64,000 nucleotides of DNA from Candidatus Omnitrophota bacterium (GCA_023247255.1 JAHFGV010000002.1:33835-97834), one strand, 5' to 3'; shown: positions 29,892 through 38,469, numbered from the stretch's first letter. Numbers and translations: made by a program. The notes: generated by a model not told the origin, from the letters alone.

Positions 29892-30287
29892 ATGGCCTTG
29901 CACTTGAGAAAATCTTCAGCGGAAGCAGTGCCCATTGACATCGCTCCCCTGATTGATGTTGTTTTTCAATTGCTTTTGTTTTTCATGCTCACCTCCAGCT
30001 TTGTCCTGCATCCTGGAATCCGCGTGGCCCTGCCAAAAGCGACGACAGGCCGGAGTGTGACGTCTTCCACAGTCATCCTCACATTGACCAAAGATCATCT
30101 CATTTATTGGAATGATGAGTTGGTGACGCTTCAAGAATTGCGTCGTAACCTGAAGGAAACTAACGGGCAGCAGTCGATCTTAATTCGTTGTGATCGGCAT
30201 GCCTACGTCGATAAGCTCATTGCCCTTTGGGATCTTTGCCGTGAGGTAGGTGCCACGGAAGTCCATATCGCGACACTGTCTGAGTAA
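29892..30287 (+). CDS. ExbD/TolR family protein
   Basis: IAPLIDVVFQLLLFFMLTS, V.LPKA. Confidence 0.92.
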   Translation: MALHLRKSSAEAVPIDIAPLIDVVFQLLLFFMLTSSFVLHPGIRVALPKATTGRSVTSSTVILTLTKDHLIYWNDELVTLQELRRNLKETNGQQSILIRCDRHAYVDKLIALWDLCREVGATEVHIATLSE

Positions 30288-30318
30288 CATCTGTACACCT
30301 TGACTCTGACACGGTACA

Positions 30319-30415
30319 CTAGTGCCGTCTACATCGAACTGACGGATAGTCCGCTGCAATTCATAGCCGACTTTAGTATCGGCGACCCGTCATTTCAATC
30401 TGGATGGAGCACTAG
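30319..30415. mobile_element. CTAG-flanked palindromic MITE, family E
   Basis: ctagtgc...gcactag; second copy at 57366-57531 with a nested insertion. Confidence 0.7.
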
Positions 30416-30456
30416 CCGGGGGCTCGAAGTGCCTACGGCCAATTAAGGAGGTTTCT

Positions 30457-30657
30457 ATGATTACGGAAATTGGGATTGTGGCAGGAGAGATCTGGCATTA
30501 TCTGGATGAGCATGGAGAGGTGCTGTTCTCCCGTCTGATGGCTGGCATTGAGCGTCCTAAGGAATTGGCCTTGATGAGCCTGGGCTGGCTGGCACGTGAG
30601 GGGCATGTCATCGTTCGCCAAGAAGGCCAGGATTTCCAGGTCGTTCTGCGTCGGTGA
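30457..30657 (+). CDS. small winged helix-turn-helix protein (DUF2582-like)
   Basis: EIGIVAGEIWHYL...LMSLGWLAREG; RBS aaggagg. Confidence 0.8.
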   Translation: MITEIGIVAGEIWHYLDEHGEVLFSRLMAGIERPKELALMSLGWLAREGHVIVRQEGQDFQVVLRR

Positions 30658-30669
30658 AGCTAAGGCAAG

Positions 30670-31014
30670 ATGCACCGATTGGGGAATGCGAAACGGTTTG
30701 TCGTGGTGATGGTTAGCTGTCCTACACTGCTGGTGGCCCGTCGGATAACCAGGCATATTCTCGATCGTCGTTTAGCTGCTTGCGTCAATATCATTCCTGG
30801 GATCGAGTCGAATTTCTGGTGGCAAGGGAAGATCGACCGCTGTCGGGAGCACTTATTGATCATCAAAACTGCAGATAGTCACTTCCAAAAGCTCAAGCAG
30901 GCCATCATTGCCATTCATCCCTATGAAGTACCTGAGGTCCTCGCACTTTCCCTAGCAAGCGGCCATACCCCTTATCTGGAGTGGGTTCTCCAAAACCTCA
31001 TCTCCAGGCCATAA
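30670..31014 (+). CDS. cutA: divalent-cation tolerance protein CutA
   Basis: RLAACVNIIPGIES.FWWQGKI, HPYEVPE, YLEWV. Confidence 0.93.
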   Translation: MHRLGNAKRFVVVMVSCPTLLVARRITRHILDRRLAACVNIIPGIESNFWWQGKIDRCREHLLIIKTADSHFQKLKQAIIAIHPYEVPEVLALSLASGHTPYLEWVLQNLISRP

Positions 31015-31027
31015 TTCAGGGCTCCAC

Positions 31028-31057
31028 TTGACACAATTAAAATGGCTCAGGCATACT
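31028..31057 (+). promoter_or_regulatory. putative sigma70 promoter for riboswitch/pilus operon
   Basis: TTGACA-18 nt-CATACT in an AT-rich intergenic stretch. Confidence 0.5.
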
Positions 31058-31101
31058 TTATGTAGTTGATATTTAAATATTTACTTACGCTTTACATGGT
31101 A

Positions 31102-31230
31102 CTGGCGAAAGGGCAAATCCACCGTGAGGTGGAGACCCCCGAGAAATTAGCTTCGGGGCCGCGGGTCTGAAATCAGGACAAGACGCGGGCAAAGCTACGG
31201 GTCTCACGAGACTGCCGAGCTGCCGACCAG
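31102..31230 (+). promoter_or_regulatory. c-di-GMP-I (GEMM) riboswitch with 52-nt insertion
   Basis: GGGCAAA-tccacc-GTGA-ggtgga-GAC...GCAAAGC-tacgg-gtctcacgagac-tgccg-agctgccg; P1 ctgg/ccag. Confidence 0.8.
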
Positions 31231-31266
31231 AAAAACGGCGCCGATGGAGAATGAGACCGCCGAGCT

Positions 31267-31297
31267 ACCGAACCAGTGGTGAAGGTTCGGTTTTTTT
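31267..31297 (+). terminator. intrinsic terminator (riboswitch expression platform)
   Basis: accgaacc-9 nt-ggttcggt followed by a T-run. Confidence 0.8.
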
Positions 31298-31335
31298 ATT
31301 TACTATCACCTGTCATTTATCTGAGACCTAACAAG

Positions 31336-31710
31336 ATGGCTTCTGAAATGGTTTCTCACAGATCCCTTCTTCTCTCAGAACGTGGAGCTATCCTCGGATT
31401 AGTGACCGTCATGGCGCTTGCTTGTGCCATTGCGTCCTACACGGTTTTGATGATGGCTGGAAGCGATGTCCGGCAGGGTGGATTCTACGAAGGGCGCACG
31501 GAATCCCGCTATGCTGCGGAAGCAGGTCTGATATGGGCCATGCAGCAGTTGTGGGTGGATCCGTATTGGCAGTCGGCCGCCGGCACTACCGACGTCACAG
31601 TCGATGTCAACGGCAGGCCGGTGAACGTAGACATTATCATGCCCAGTTGTGGGGTGGTAGCGCCGACTCCATGTCCTCCCCGCAGTCTCCAAGCCAAGGT
31701 GGTGTACTAA
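31336..31710 (+). CDS. PilX-like minor pilin
   Basis: ERG|AILGLV hydrophobic helix, RYAAEAGL motif typical of PilX N-termini. Confidence 0.7.
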   Translation: MASEMVSHRSLLLSERGAILGLVTVMALACAIASYTVLMMAGSDVRQGGFYEGRTESRYAAEAGLIWAMQQLWVDPYWQSAAGTTDVTVDVNGRPVNVDIIMPSCGVVAPTPCPPRSLQAKVVY

Positions 31711-31714
31711 TACA

Positions 31715-31765
31715 ATACAAACGAATTATCTAACGCGACAGTGCCAGAGGATAATTCGTTTGTAT
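31715..31765. repeat. REP-like hairpin, family G
   Basis: atacaaacgaattatc...gataattcgtttgtat; near-identical copy at 49148-49199, related stem at 1131-1190. Confidence 0.75.
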
Positions 31766-31773
31766 ACTAAAAG

Positions 31774-32328
31774 ATGCATTCTGCGAGCGTTTATTCTAAG
31801 ACAGTTATGCGCTCAAGGCTCAAGGCTCAAGGCTCAAGGCTATTTCCTACAGCCTACAGCCTACAGCCTACAGCCAATAGGGATTTTAAAGCATACCCTT
31901 GTGAATCTCGATGGATTTCATTCGTTTCTCAATATGGCTATACGTTTATGGAGGTTTTAACCACTGTCGTCATTCTCTCGGTTTTAATGATGATGGGCCT
32001 GCCTCAGTATCGCAAGGTGATCGAGCGCGGCTACTGGGACAGCGCCCGCGACGTTCTTTTAGCGATTTACGCAGGTGAGCAAACTTATGTGACGGTGAAT
32101 GGCACGTACAAAGGCGGCTTGGGAACGGCAAGCAGCATGACTGACTGGAGGGCAATCTATGTGGACAAACCGGCCGCTGCAGGGGAGCCTGTGGAATACA
32201 GTGTCACCGCGGCGGGACCTCCACCGACATTCACCGCAACGGCCAAGCGTATCGGTGGATCGTTTGACAGCAAGACAATAACGATCGATCAAGACAAGGC
32301 ATGGGGCGGAACATGGGCCAGGCCATGA
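31774..32328 (+). CDS. PilE-like type IV pilin (long leader contains heptamer repeats; start uncertain)
   Basis: G|YTFMEVLTTVVILSVL...LPQY; FTATAKR. Confidence 0.8.
   Translation: MHSASVYSKTVMRSRLKAQGSRLFPTAYSLQPTANRDFKAYPCESRWISFVSQYGYTFMEVLTTVVILSVLMMMGLPQYRKVIERGYWDSARDVLLAIYAGEQTYVTVNGTYKGGLGTASSMTDWRAIYVDKPAAAGEPVEYSVTAAGPPPTFTATAKRIGGSFDSKTITIDQDKAWGGTWARP
31811..31876. repeat. (ctcaagg)x4 plus (tacagcc)x4 heptamer arrays
   Basis: Read directly from sequence. Confidence 0.9.
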
Positions 32329-32873
32329 GGGGGTACCCGTGGTGTCTATCGTCGATTTTCGATTTTCGATTGTCGATTGAAAGCCATAGCGTTATCGATC
32401 GACGATCCACAATCCACAATCGACAATTCCATAGAGGTATCCGTGGTTTCACCATGATCGAGGTTCTCATCGCCTCAGTCATTGCTTCCATAGTCATCGG
32501 GGGAACGATGACAGCCTTTGTGACGGCAAGCCGGATGACGCGTCAGCAAAGCGGACCGGCCAATTCCGATGCCGCTTTGTATGTCCAGCAGCTTTTGGAG
32601 GCGATTCGCAATCACGTGGCTGCCGACTCGACATGGTTCAGCACAAGGGTCGGGCCGGTTCCCGCTACGTGGGCGGCTTGGCGAAACGATGATCCCCCAT
32701 TGTCGGCGTCCTGTCCCTCGGCATCTATCGTTTGCCGGACAGATGTGAACAATGGGCGGAAATATTTTATCACCTATGTCGACGACACCTGTGATGATGA
32801 CGGCGATACCAGTGATTGTTACTACGCCGTGACCGTGAGGGTCTGTTGGGATGAGCCGGCCTCGTCATGCTAA
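32325..32873 (+). CDS. PilV-like minor pilin
   Basis: ATGA-coupled to upstream stop; RG|FTMIEVLIASVI; C-terminal VTVRVCW. Confidence 0.8.
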   Translation: MRGYPWCLSSIFDFRLSIESHSVIDRRSTIHNRQFHRGIRGFTMIEVLIASVIASIVIGGTMTAFVTASRMTRQQSGPANSDAALYVQQLLEAIRNHVAADSTWFSTRVGPVPATWAAWRNDDPPLSASCPSASIVCRTDVNNGRKYFITYVDDTCDDDGDTSDCYYAVTVRVCWDEPASSC

Positions 32874-33606
32874 ACAAGCGTATCCTTTTCGATTGTCGAT
32901 TGTCGATTTTCGATTGAAAGCCATAGCATTGCCAATCGACGATCCACAATCGACGATCGACGATTCCATTGTAGGTATGACTCTGATTGAGGTTATGGTC
33001 TCCCTGACGCTGGCGATGATCGTTCTGCTTGCGGTAACCAGCATCGATGTGACGCGGGTGCGGATTCACGAAGAGCTTCGTGATCGCTCAGGAATTGCAA
33101 CGCCGGAGCATGGGGAGGCTTCCTTGGCTGCTCTCTCTATAGAAAAAGACATCGAGCAGGCCGATCGGATCAATATCATTGCGGATGGCATTCAAGTGCG
33201 GATTCCCGATATGACGATCGCAGGATGTACGGGGACTGTTCCTGATGCCAGTTGCTTTGATGCTGCGGCCAACTACCGCTGGGACCAATACCGGCTTGAC
33301 GCTGACCAGCTGCTTTATTACCGCGGCACCCAAGTGGCCTGCCCCACTCCCACAGTGCTGGCTGAACAGATTGCGGATTTATCGTTTCAGTACGTGAATG
33401 AAGCCCCCGCTCCTCCTGGAGGCGATCCGGCAAACCAAGACAACAACCTGCTTGCCTACACGGTGAAATGGGATAACGCAGATGGGCTAAGCCATGAATT
33501 TCAGGGGGTGGTCAGTCTCAGAGCCTCTGCCTACACGGATGTTTCGACAGGGCTTCAGGCTCCCAATGGAACAGACATCAGTCCACCGCCTACGGTATGT
33601 TCGTAG
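32851..33606 (+). CDS. PilW-like minor pilin (start uncertain)
   Basis: G|MTLIEVMVSLTL, IEKDIEQA, LAEQIADLSFQY. Confidence 0.8.
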   Translation: MSRPRHAKQAYPFRLSIVDFRLKAIALPIDDPQSTIDDSIVGMTLIEVMVSLTLAMIVLLAVTSIDVTRVRIHEELRDRSGIATPEHGEASLAALSIEKDIEQADRINIIADGIQVRIPDMTIAGCTGTVPDASCFDAAANYRWDQYRLDADQLLYYRGTQVACPTPTVLAEQIADLSFQYVNEAPAPPGGDPANQDNNLLAYTVKWDNADGLSHEFQGVVSLRASAYTDVSTGLQAPNGTDISPPPTVCS

Positions 33607-33878
33607 AAAAGTTAGGAACTCGTGATTAGTGGCTAAAGAGAAAAGTAGCTAAGTGGGGATTCAAGAAGAAGAGGTGAGCGATGAACGGATTTCCGCAAGG
33701 CGAAGATTTATCGTTTGGCGAAGAAGGCAAACATCTCTTGGATGAGGTTGGCTCTGACACGTTCGATCTTAGCTTCAACCTGGGTGAGCCGTTTCTCAAA
33801 CTCCTTTTTTCTTCCACGCGAAGAGGATAATGCTCAGCACCAAGCAGCCGATGCCGAGCGCGACAAAGCCATCCTGCA

Positions 33879-34286
33879 CTATTGGGAGATGATAAGGTTC
33901 TGACGAGGGAAATCGAGATGGACACTGACGTGTTTGAGGAAATTCAGTCCCAAGAGACCGCGCACTGGACTTTGGGATGGGAGATCGTGAGCGACGATCT
34001 ACAAGTGGGGGATTCGGATGCCGAGCGCTTGCACGCTCCGGAGCGTCACGATGGGTTTGAACTCTACACTTCCCGCAGCGATGAACTCTACCCGCGCTTT
34101 CGATGCAGCCGGATCGTAGCCGATAGCTCGCAGGGTGTGAATGGGTGCCATCGTGTAGGTGGCACCTGTATCCAGAGCCATGCGGACAAACTGACGGCCA
34201 TTGGGTCCTTCAAGAAGGACATCCACAGGAATGATTGGCTTGGCAGGATCCAGTGGGAAGGAAGAAGGGCTAGAAGGCAGCGGCAT
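33879..34286 (-). pseudogene. retropepsin-like aspartyl protease with internal amber stop
   Basis: MALDTGATYT active site; TAG at 33999-34001, then frame continues IVAHDLP...RGLLGLNFLKH to stop at 33879. Confidence 0.8.
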
Positions 34287-34506
34287 ATCCCTGCGGGAGG
34301 GTGTCGCTTCCATAGACAAGATAAATCAAACCCTTCCGATGAGTCACTTCTTGCTCAAGTGTATCCCGCAGCTTGGAGTGGGCGAGAAGCCGCCCGGTCA
34401 GAGGCGTGGTGGTTTGGGGATCAAACTGATCCACTTGAACGAGTAGCCACTCATCAGAGAATCTGCGACGTAACTTTTGGATGGGTTGACTCTGTTGACG
34501 TTTCAT
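34270..34506 (-). CDS. 78-aa small protein (DUF5678-like partner of the aspartyl protease)
   Basis: FSDEWLLV...GRLLAHSK; overlaps protease start. Confidence 0.6.
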   Translation of the reverse strand: MKRQQSQPIQKLRRRFSDEWLLVQVDQFDPQTTTPLTGRLLAHSKLRDTLEQEVTHRKGLIYLVYGSDTLPQGYAAAF

Positions 34507-34507
34507 T

Positions 34508-34821
34508 AAAAATCTGCGCCGCATACCCCGCCCATGGGTGGGGAGGAGGCGCAGCCTTTTGATGCCAGCAGTATAACACGAGGTGAGGTTATGTTCAATA
34601 CAGGTGTAAGCTTTCCCCGTCGGCGAGCAACCCGCACTGGTTTGCGAGTCACAAGCGACGAGCGACGAGCAACGATACGTGGGGTTTTTGTAACCATTCT
34701 ATATTTCTGTGGTGTGTTCCTCAGCCTTGCGCCTGCGACGGGGGCGGAAGACGTCACGGTGACGACCTACTACCCCTCTCCGCGCGGAGTCTACGATGAG
34801 CTGCGCACAACCGGCGATGTG
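34508..34821 (+). repeat. Cassette head repeat copy 1 (hairpin, antisense promoter, RBS, signal peptide, TYYPSP motif)
   Basis: Near-identical to 36605-36930 apart from 9-bp and 3-bp indels and a few substitutions. Confidence 0.9.
34570..34598 (-). promoter_or_regulatory. antisense sigma70 promoter (second copy at 36667-36695)
   Basis: Minus strand TTGAAC-17 nt-TATACT with TGn extended -10. Confidence 0.65.
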
Positions 34822-36198
34822 AGAATTGGGACGACTTCTGCTCCTGCGGCACGGTTGCACGTGGTCCAGACAAACGCACAAAACGCCTTTCGGGTCGATG
34901 ATGCGAATCCAGATACGACCCCATTCGTCATCGATCAGAATGGCAATGTCGGGATCAAGACGGCAAGCCCTCTGGCTGATCTCCATGTACGAGATGACGC
35001 CGATATAGTAAATCTTCGTGTCACATCGGACAATGAGCGAGCCGGAATTTCTTTATTGTCAGACAATACCGGTGAAGTATTAATCTATACCGAAGACGGA
35101 TCAGATGATTTGCGCTTTCAGGTTGGTGGTACAGATCGTATGACTATTGAAAGTGCCGCTGCTGAGACAAGCATTACGGGTGAGCTAGGGATAGGGACGG
35201 CGAATCCAGAGAGTCCCTTACACATTGTCACTCCAGCTGGGTCCGGTATAAATGAAGTACGTCTTGAAGAGACAGGTGGATCTACCCTGAGTCTGAGCGC
35301 TGGAGGTGGAGTGACCAGGATTGCCTCTAGCGATAATCTACAGATAGAAGCTCCAGGAGGAACCACTCGTATGATCGTGTTGGGCACAGGCAATGTTGGT
35401 ATAGGCGCAGGGAACCCATTGTCCCGTCTCAGCGTAGGAGCTGATGGGTTCGCGGCAACGGCTATTTATGGAGAAAGTGGAGGAGCAGGATCGGGTGTGG
35501 CTGGAAAGGGGGGTGGAAGGGGAGTGGAAGGATGGGCGAGCCTAGGAGCGGGAGCTGTTGCGGGCGTAGCTGGTACTACCATCGATCCAGCGACAATTCC
35601 TGGGGGAGAAATTCCGAATGGTGCGGGTGTATTTGGTTATGGACATACCTATGGAATCCGGGCCGTAGCGACGGACGCCGGGGGCACAGGGGTTTATGGA
35701 AAAGGGCCGGCTTGGGCAGGGGATTTTATAGGCGATGTGCGTGTATCCGATGACCTCTTTGTTGGTAATGATGTAGATGTTCAGGGGGATATTTCGGTAA
35801 CGGGGAACATCACAGGCGATGTTTCAGAACATGTGGATTGTTCAGGGTGTGAAGCGACCGATGTGGTGGTGATCGATCCTGACCACGACCAGCGCCTGCG
35901 CCCATCCAGCAAGGCCTATGACTCGACGGTGGCCGGCGTGATTTCAGAGAAACCGTCTCTAAAGATCGGCGGCAGCCAATCCGAGATCGCCAAGCCCTTG
36001 GCGCTTGCCGGGCTGGTTCGTGTGAAAGCGACGACGGAAAACGGGCCGATTCATCGGGGGGATCTACTCGTGACTTCATCAAAGCCTGGGCATGCCATGC
36101 GGGCCGATCCTGATGCGATCAAACCAGGGATGCTGCTGGGCAAGGCGCTGGAGCCTCTTTCCGAAGGCGATGGGGCGATAGTGATCTTGGTGGAATGA
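34591..36198 (+). CDS. secreted TYYPSP-motif fibre/adhesin-like protein 1 with peptidase G2-like intramolecular chaperone C-terminus
   Basis: RBS gaggtgagg; signal peptide ...APATGA|EDVTVTTYYPSPRGVY; GNVGIG.P...LHV repeats; Gly-rich beta repeats; GDVSE...AGVISEKP...ALAGLVRVK...GDLLVTS...GKALE. Confidence 0.75.
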   Translation: MFNTGVSFPRRRATRTGLRVTSDERRATIRGVFVTILYFCGVFLSLAPATGAEDVTVTTYYPSPRGVYDELRTTGDVRIGTTSAPAARLHVVQTNAQNAFRVDDANPDTTPFVIDQNGNVGIKTASPLADLHVRDDADIVNLRVTSDNERAGISLLSDNTGEVLIYTEDGSDDLRFQVGGTDRMTIESAAAETSITGELGIGTANPESPLHIVTPAGSGINEVRLEETGGSTLSLSAGGGVTRIASSDNLQIEAPGGTTRMIVLGTGNVGIGAGNPLSRLSVGADGFAATAIYGESGGAGSGVAGKGGGRGVEGWASLGAGAVAGVAGTTIDPATIPGGEIPNGAGVFGYGHTYGIRAVATDAGGTGVYGKGPAWAGDFIGDVRVSDDLFVGNDVDVQGDISVTGNITGDVSEHVDCSGCEATDVVVIDPDHDQRLRPSSKAYDSTVAGVISEKPSLKIGGSQSEIAKPLALAGLVRVKATTENGPIHRGDLLVTSSKPGHAMRADPDAIKPGMLLGKALEPLSEGDGAIVILVE

Positions 36199-36207
36199 TG
36201 CCCAGAA

Positions 36208-36604
36208 CTAAGACCGTAGCACAGAAAGCCCAGGGATGTTTGCGAAGTCGATCCGATCATAAGGTTAAGAGGGCTGCTCCTGATTCAATGGCGGTGGCGG
36301 CAATAAGGGCATCCGGGATCTTGCGGCGTTGTCGGCTATACCGTGAGACAAACAGCTCTGCGGCACGATCGATAATCGGTTGGGAGAGTCCAATGGGTTT
36401 TAGGGCTTCCAACAAGGTGTGCGCTCGCTGATGGTGGGCTACTTCTGGGGTGGCAAGCAGTTCGAAACGCGTGATCAGGCTGTAACCGATTACTGTACTT
36501 GCGTCCATCGATTCCAACAGCTGCTTCGCCTCTTGGCCCCTCGGGGTTGCTTCCAACAGGTCGATCAGCACATTGGTATCGAGGACGATGAGATTCGCTA
36601 CCAC
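36208..36604 (-). pseudogene. PIN-domain (VapC-like) nuclease with +1 frameshift near the C-terminus
   Basis: IVLDTNVLID, ITRFEL, IPDALIAATAIE; after LLT an extra base gives TGA at 36257; the shifted frame reads YDRIDFANIPGL. Confidence 0.8.
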
Positions 36605-36930
36605 AAAAATCTGCGCCGCATACCCCGCCCATGGGCGGGGAGGAGGCGCAGCCTTTTGATGCCAGCAGTATAACACGAGGTGAGGTTATGTTCAATACAG
36701 GTGTAACAGGTGTAAGCTTTCCCCATCGGCGAGCAACCCGCACTGGTTTGCGAGTCACAAGCGACGAGCGACGAGCGACGATACGTCGGGTTTTTGTAAC
36801 CATTCTATATTATTTCTGTGGTGTGTTCCTCAGCCTTGTGCCTGCGATGGGGGCGGAAGACGTCACGGTGACGACCTACTACCCCTCCCCGCGCGGAGTC
36901 TACGATGAGCTGCGCACAACCGGCGATGTG
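36605..36930 (+). repeat. Cassette head repeat copy 2
   Basis: Near-identical to 34508-34821. Confidence 0.9.
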
Positions 36931-38367
36931 GGGGTGGGGGTAACCGGTCCGGTACTCGGCAAGCTGCACGTGGTGCAGACTGCTATCGCTCCTGCCTTCC
37001 GTGTGGAGGATGAGGCTACTGCAACTGAGGTGACGCCTTTTTTGATTGATTTTGATGGAAATGTAGGTGCGGGTACCGGGGCCCCTGGGGCTAAGCTCCA
37101 CGTTGTGCAAGATAACGCTGCGAATGCATTTCGCGTGGATGATGAGGTTCCTCCGGATACCACGCCATTTCTGATTGACCAGAATGGCAGCGTAGGCATT
37201 CAAACAATACCTACAACCACATTGGAGATTGTCGATAACGATGCCAGTGGTGACTCGGTTGTAAAGATCGTCAGCGATGATACAGTCTCTGCCTTTCTTC
37301 AGTTTGTGTATGATGACGCGGTTGATCGGGACTGGAGGTTCTACATCAATGTGGATGGGAAATTGTACGTAGCAGATCAAACAGACGGCCTTAACGTGAT
37401 GATCTTTAATAATAATGGACGCGTGGGAATTGGAACAGATACCCCAGCAGCTGGTTTGGAGGTACAGCCATTTGTAGGGGTCACTGGTGTTAAGGGTGAG
37501 GGGGATGGGGCTGTGGGTGTGCATGGTGTGAGTAATAACAATGTAGGTGTTTTAGGTCAAAGTGCTACTGGTACTGGTATTGGGGTTTCTGGATCCTGCC
37601 CAGGCTGTCTTGGAGTCAAAGGGCAAGGTGCAACTGGTGTGGTTGGGGAGAGCACCAATGTGGGTGGTTTTGGCGTTTCCGGGCAGGTAGCCGATGGAAT
37701 TGGTGTTCAAGGTATCGTGACAGATGGAACTGGTGTTGTAGGTACCTCTACAAATGGTGTAGGAGTTATGGCTACAGGTGGGATTGGGTTTGGAGATGCG
37801 GGATTGATTGCTGAAGGAACAGACGGTGTTATAGCGACAGCAAAAGCAGTCGGAGGAGCTGGTATTCATGCGCTTGATGATGGTGATCCGGCCAGATTAG
37901 CTGGACGCTTTGATGGAGAAGTGGAAGTCAATGGATTGCTTGATGTGAATGGAAATATCGAAGTCAGTGGTAGTATTACCGGAGGAGACGTTGCAGAGTT
38001 TATGGACTGCGTTGGGTGTAAGCCAACCGATGTGGTCGTCATCGATACAGAGCACAATCGGTACGTAAAGCCATCCAGCCGGCCCTATGATTCGACTGTT
38101 GCTGGTGTCGTCTCAGAGAAACCTTCGCTTAAGATCGGAGGCAGTGACTCGGAAATCGCAAAGCCCTTGGCTCTGGCTGGCCTTGTGCGTGTAAAAGCGA
38201 CGACGGAAAACGGGCCTATCAAGCGGGGGGATCTGCTCGTAACTTCATCAAAGCCAGGCCATGCGATGCGGGCGGATCCGGAGCGGATCAAGCCTGGGAT
38301 GCTTTTGGGAAAAGCGCTGGAGCCACTTGAGGAAGGTGATGGAACGATTCTACTCCTTGTCGAGTAA
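36688..38367 (+). CDS. secreted TYYPSP-motif fibre/adhesin-like protein 2 with peptidase G2-like C-terminus
   Basis: Same N- and C-terminal modules as protein 1 (GDVAE...GKALE) with a divergent middle rich in GV.G.S repeats. Confidence 0.75.
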   Translation: MFNTGVTGVSFPHRRATRTGLRVTSDERRATIRRVFVTILYYFCGVFLSLVPAMGAEDVTVTTYYPSPRGVYDELRTTGDVGVGVTGPVLGKLHVVQTAIAPAFRVEDEATATEVTPFLIDFDGNVGAGTGAPGAKLHVVQDNAANAFRVDDEVPPDTTPFLIDQNGSVGIQTIPTTTLEIVDNDASGDSVVKIVSDDTVSAFLQFVYDDAVDRDWRFYINVDGKLYVADQTDGLNVMIFNNNGRVGIGTDTPAAGLEVQPFVGVTGVKGEGDGAVGVHGVSNNNVGVLGQSATGTGIGVSGSCPGCLGVKGQGATGVVGESTNVGGFGVSGQVADGIGVQGIVTDGTGVVGTSTNGVGVMATGGIGFGDAGLIAEGTDGVIATAKAVGGAGIHALDDGDPARLAGRFDGEVEVNGLLDVNGNIEVSGSITGGDVAEFMDCVGCKPTDVVVIDTEHNRYVKPSSRPYDSTVAGVVSEKPSLKIGGSDSEIAKPLALAGLVRVKATTENGPIKRGDLLVTSSKPGHAMRADPERIKPGMLLGKALEPLEEGDGTILLLVE

Positions 38368-38469
38368 TGGCTTAAGGGGCAGGGGGTGTGGGATAGGGGA
38401 CGTGAGAGAAGCAACCAGAGTGAGTGGTTGTCGGTTCACTCTATTAAGAAACGGCGAGGAGAGCCTGAG

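Noticed and set aside
31231-31276. Second complete c-di-GMP aptamer
   Set aside because: Only the 3' strand is duplicated; there is no second GGCAAA/P2 element.
33882-34562. 226-aa plus-strand ORF
   Set aside because: Shadow of the minus-strand protease and partner genes, with no recognisable motifs.
35850-38367. Diversity-generating retroelement TR/VR pair in the adhesin C-termini
   Set aside because: Differences look mostly synonymous and are not adenine-specific; there is no reverse transcriptase in the window.
34591-38367. Prophage tail genes
   Set aside because: The proteins have Sec signal peptides and sit within a pilus operon with no other phage genes.
33600-38400. Integron cassette array or shufflon
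   Set aside because: No integrase or recombinase, no clear RYYYAAC...GTTRRRY attC sites and no inverted sfx-type repeats; only the direct cassette-head repeat is supported.
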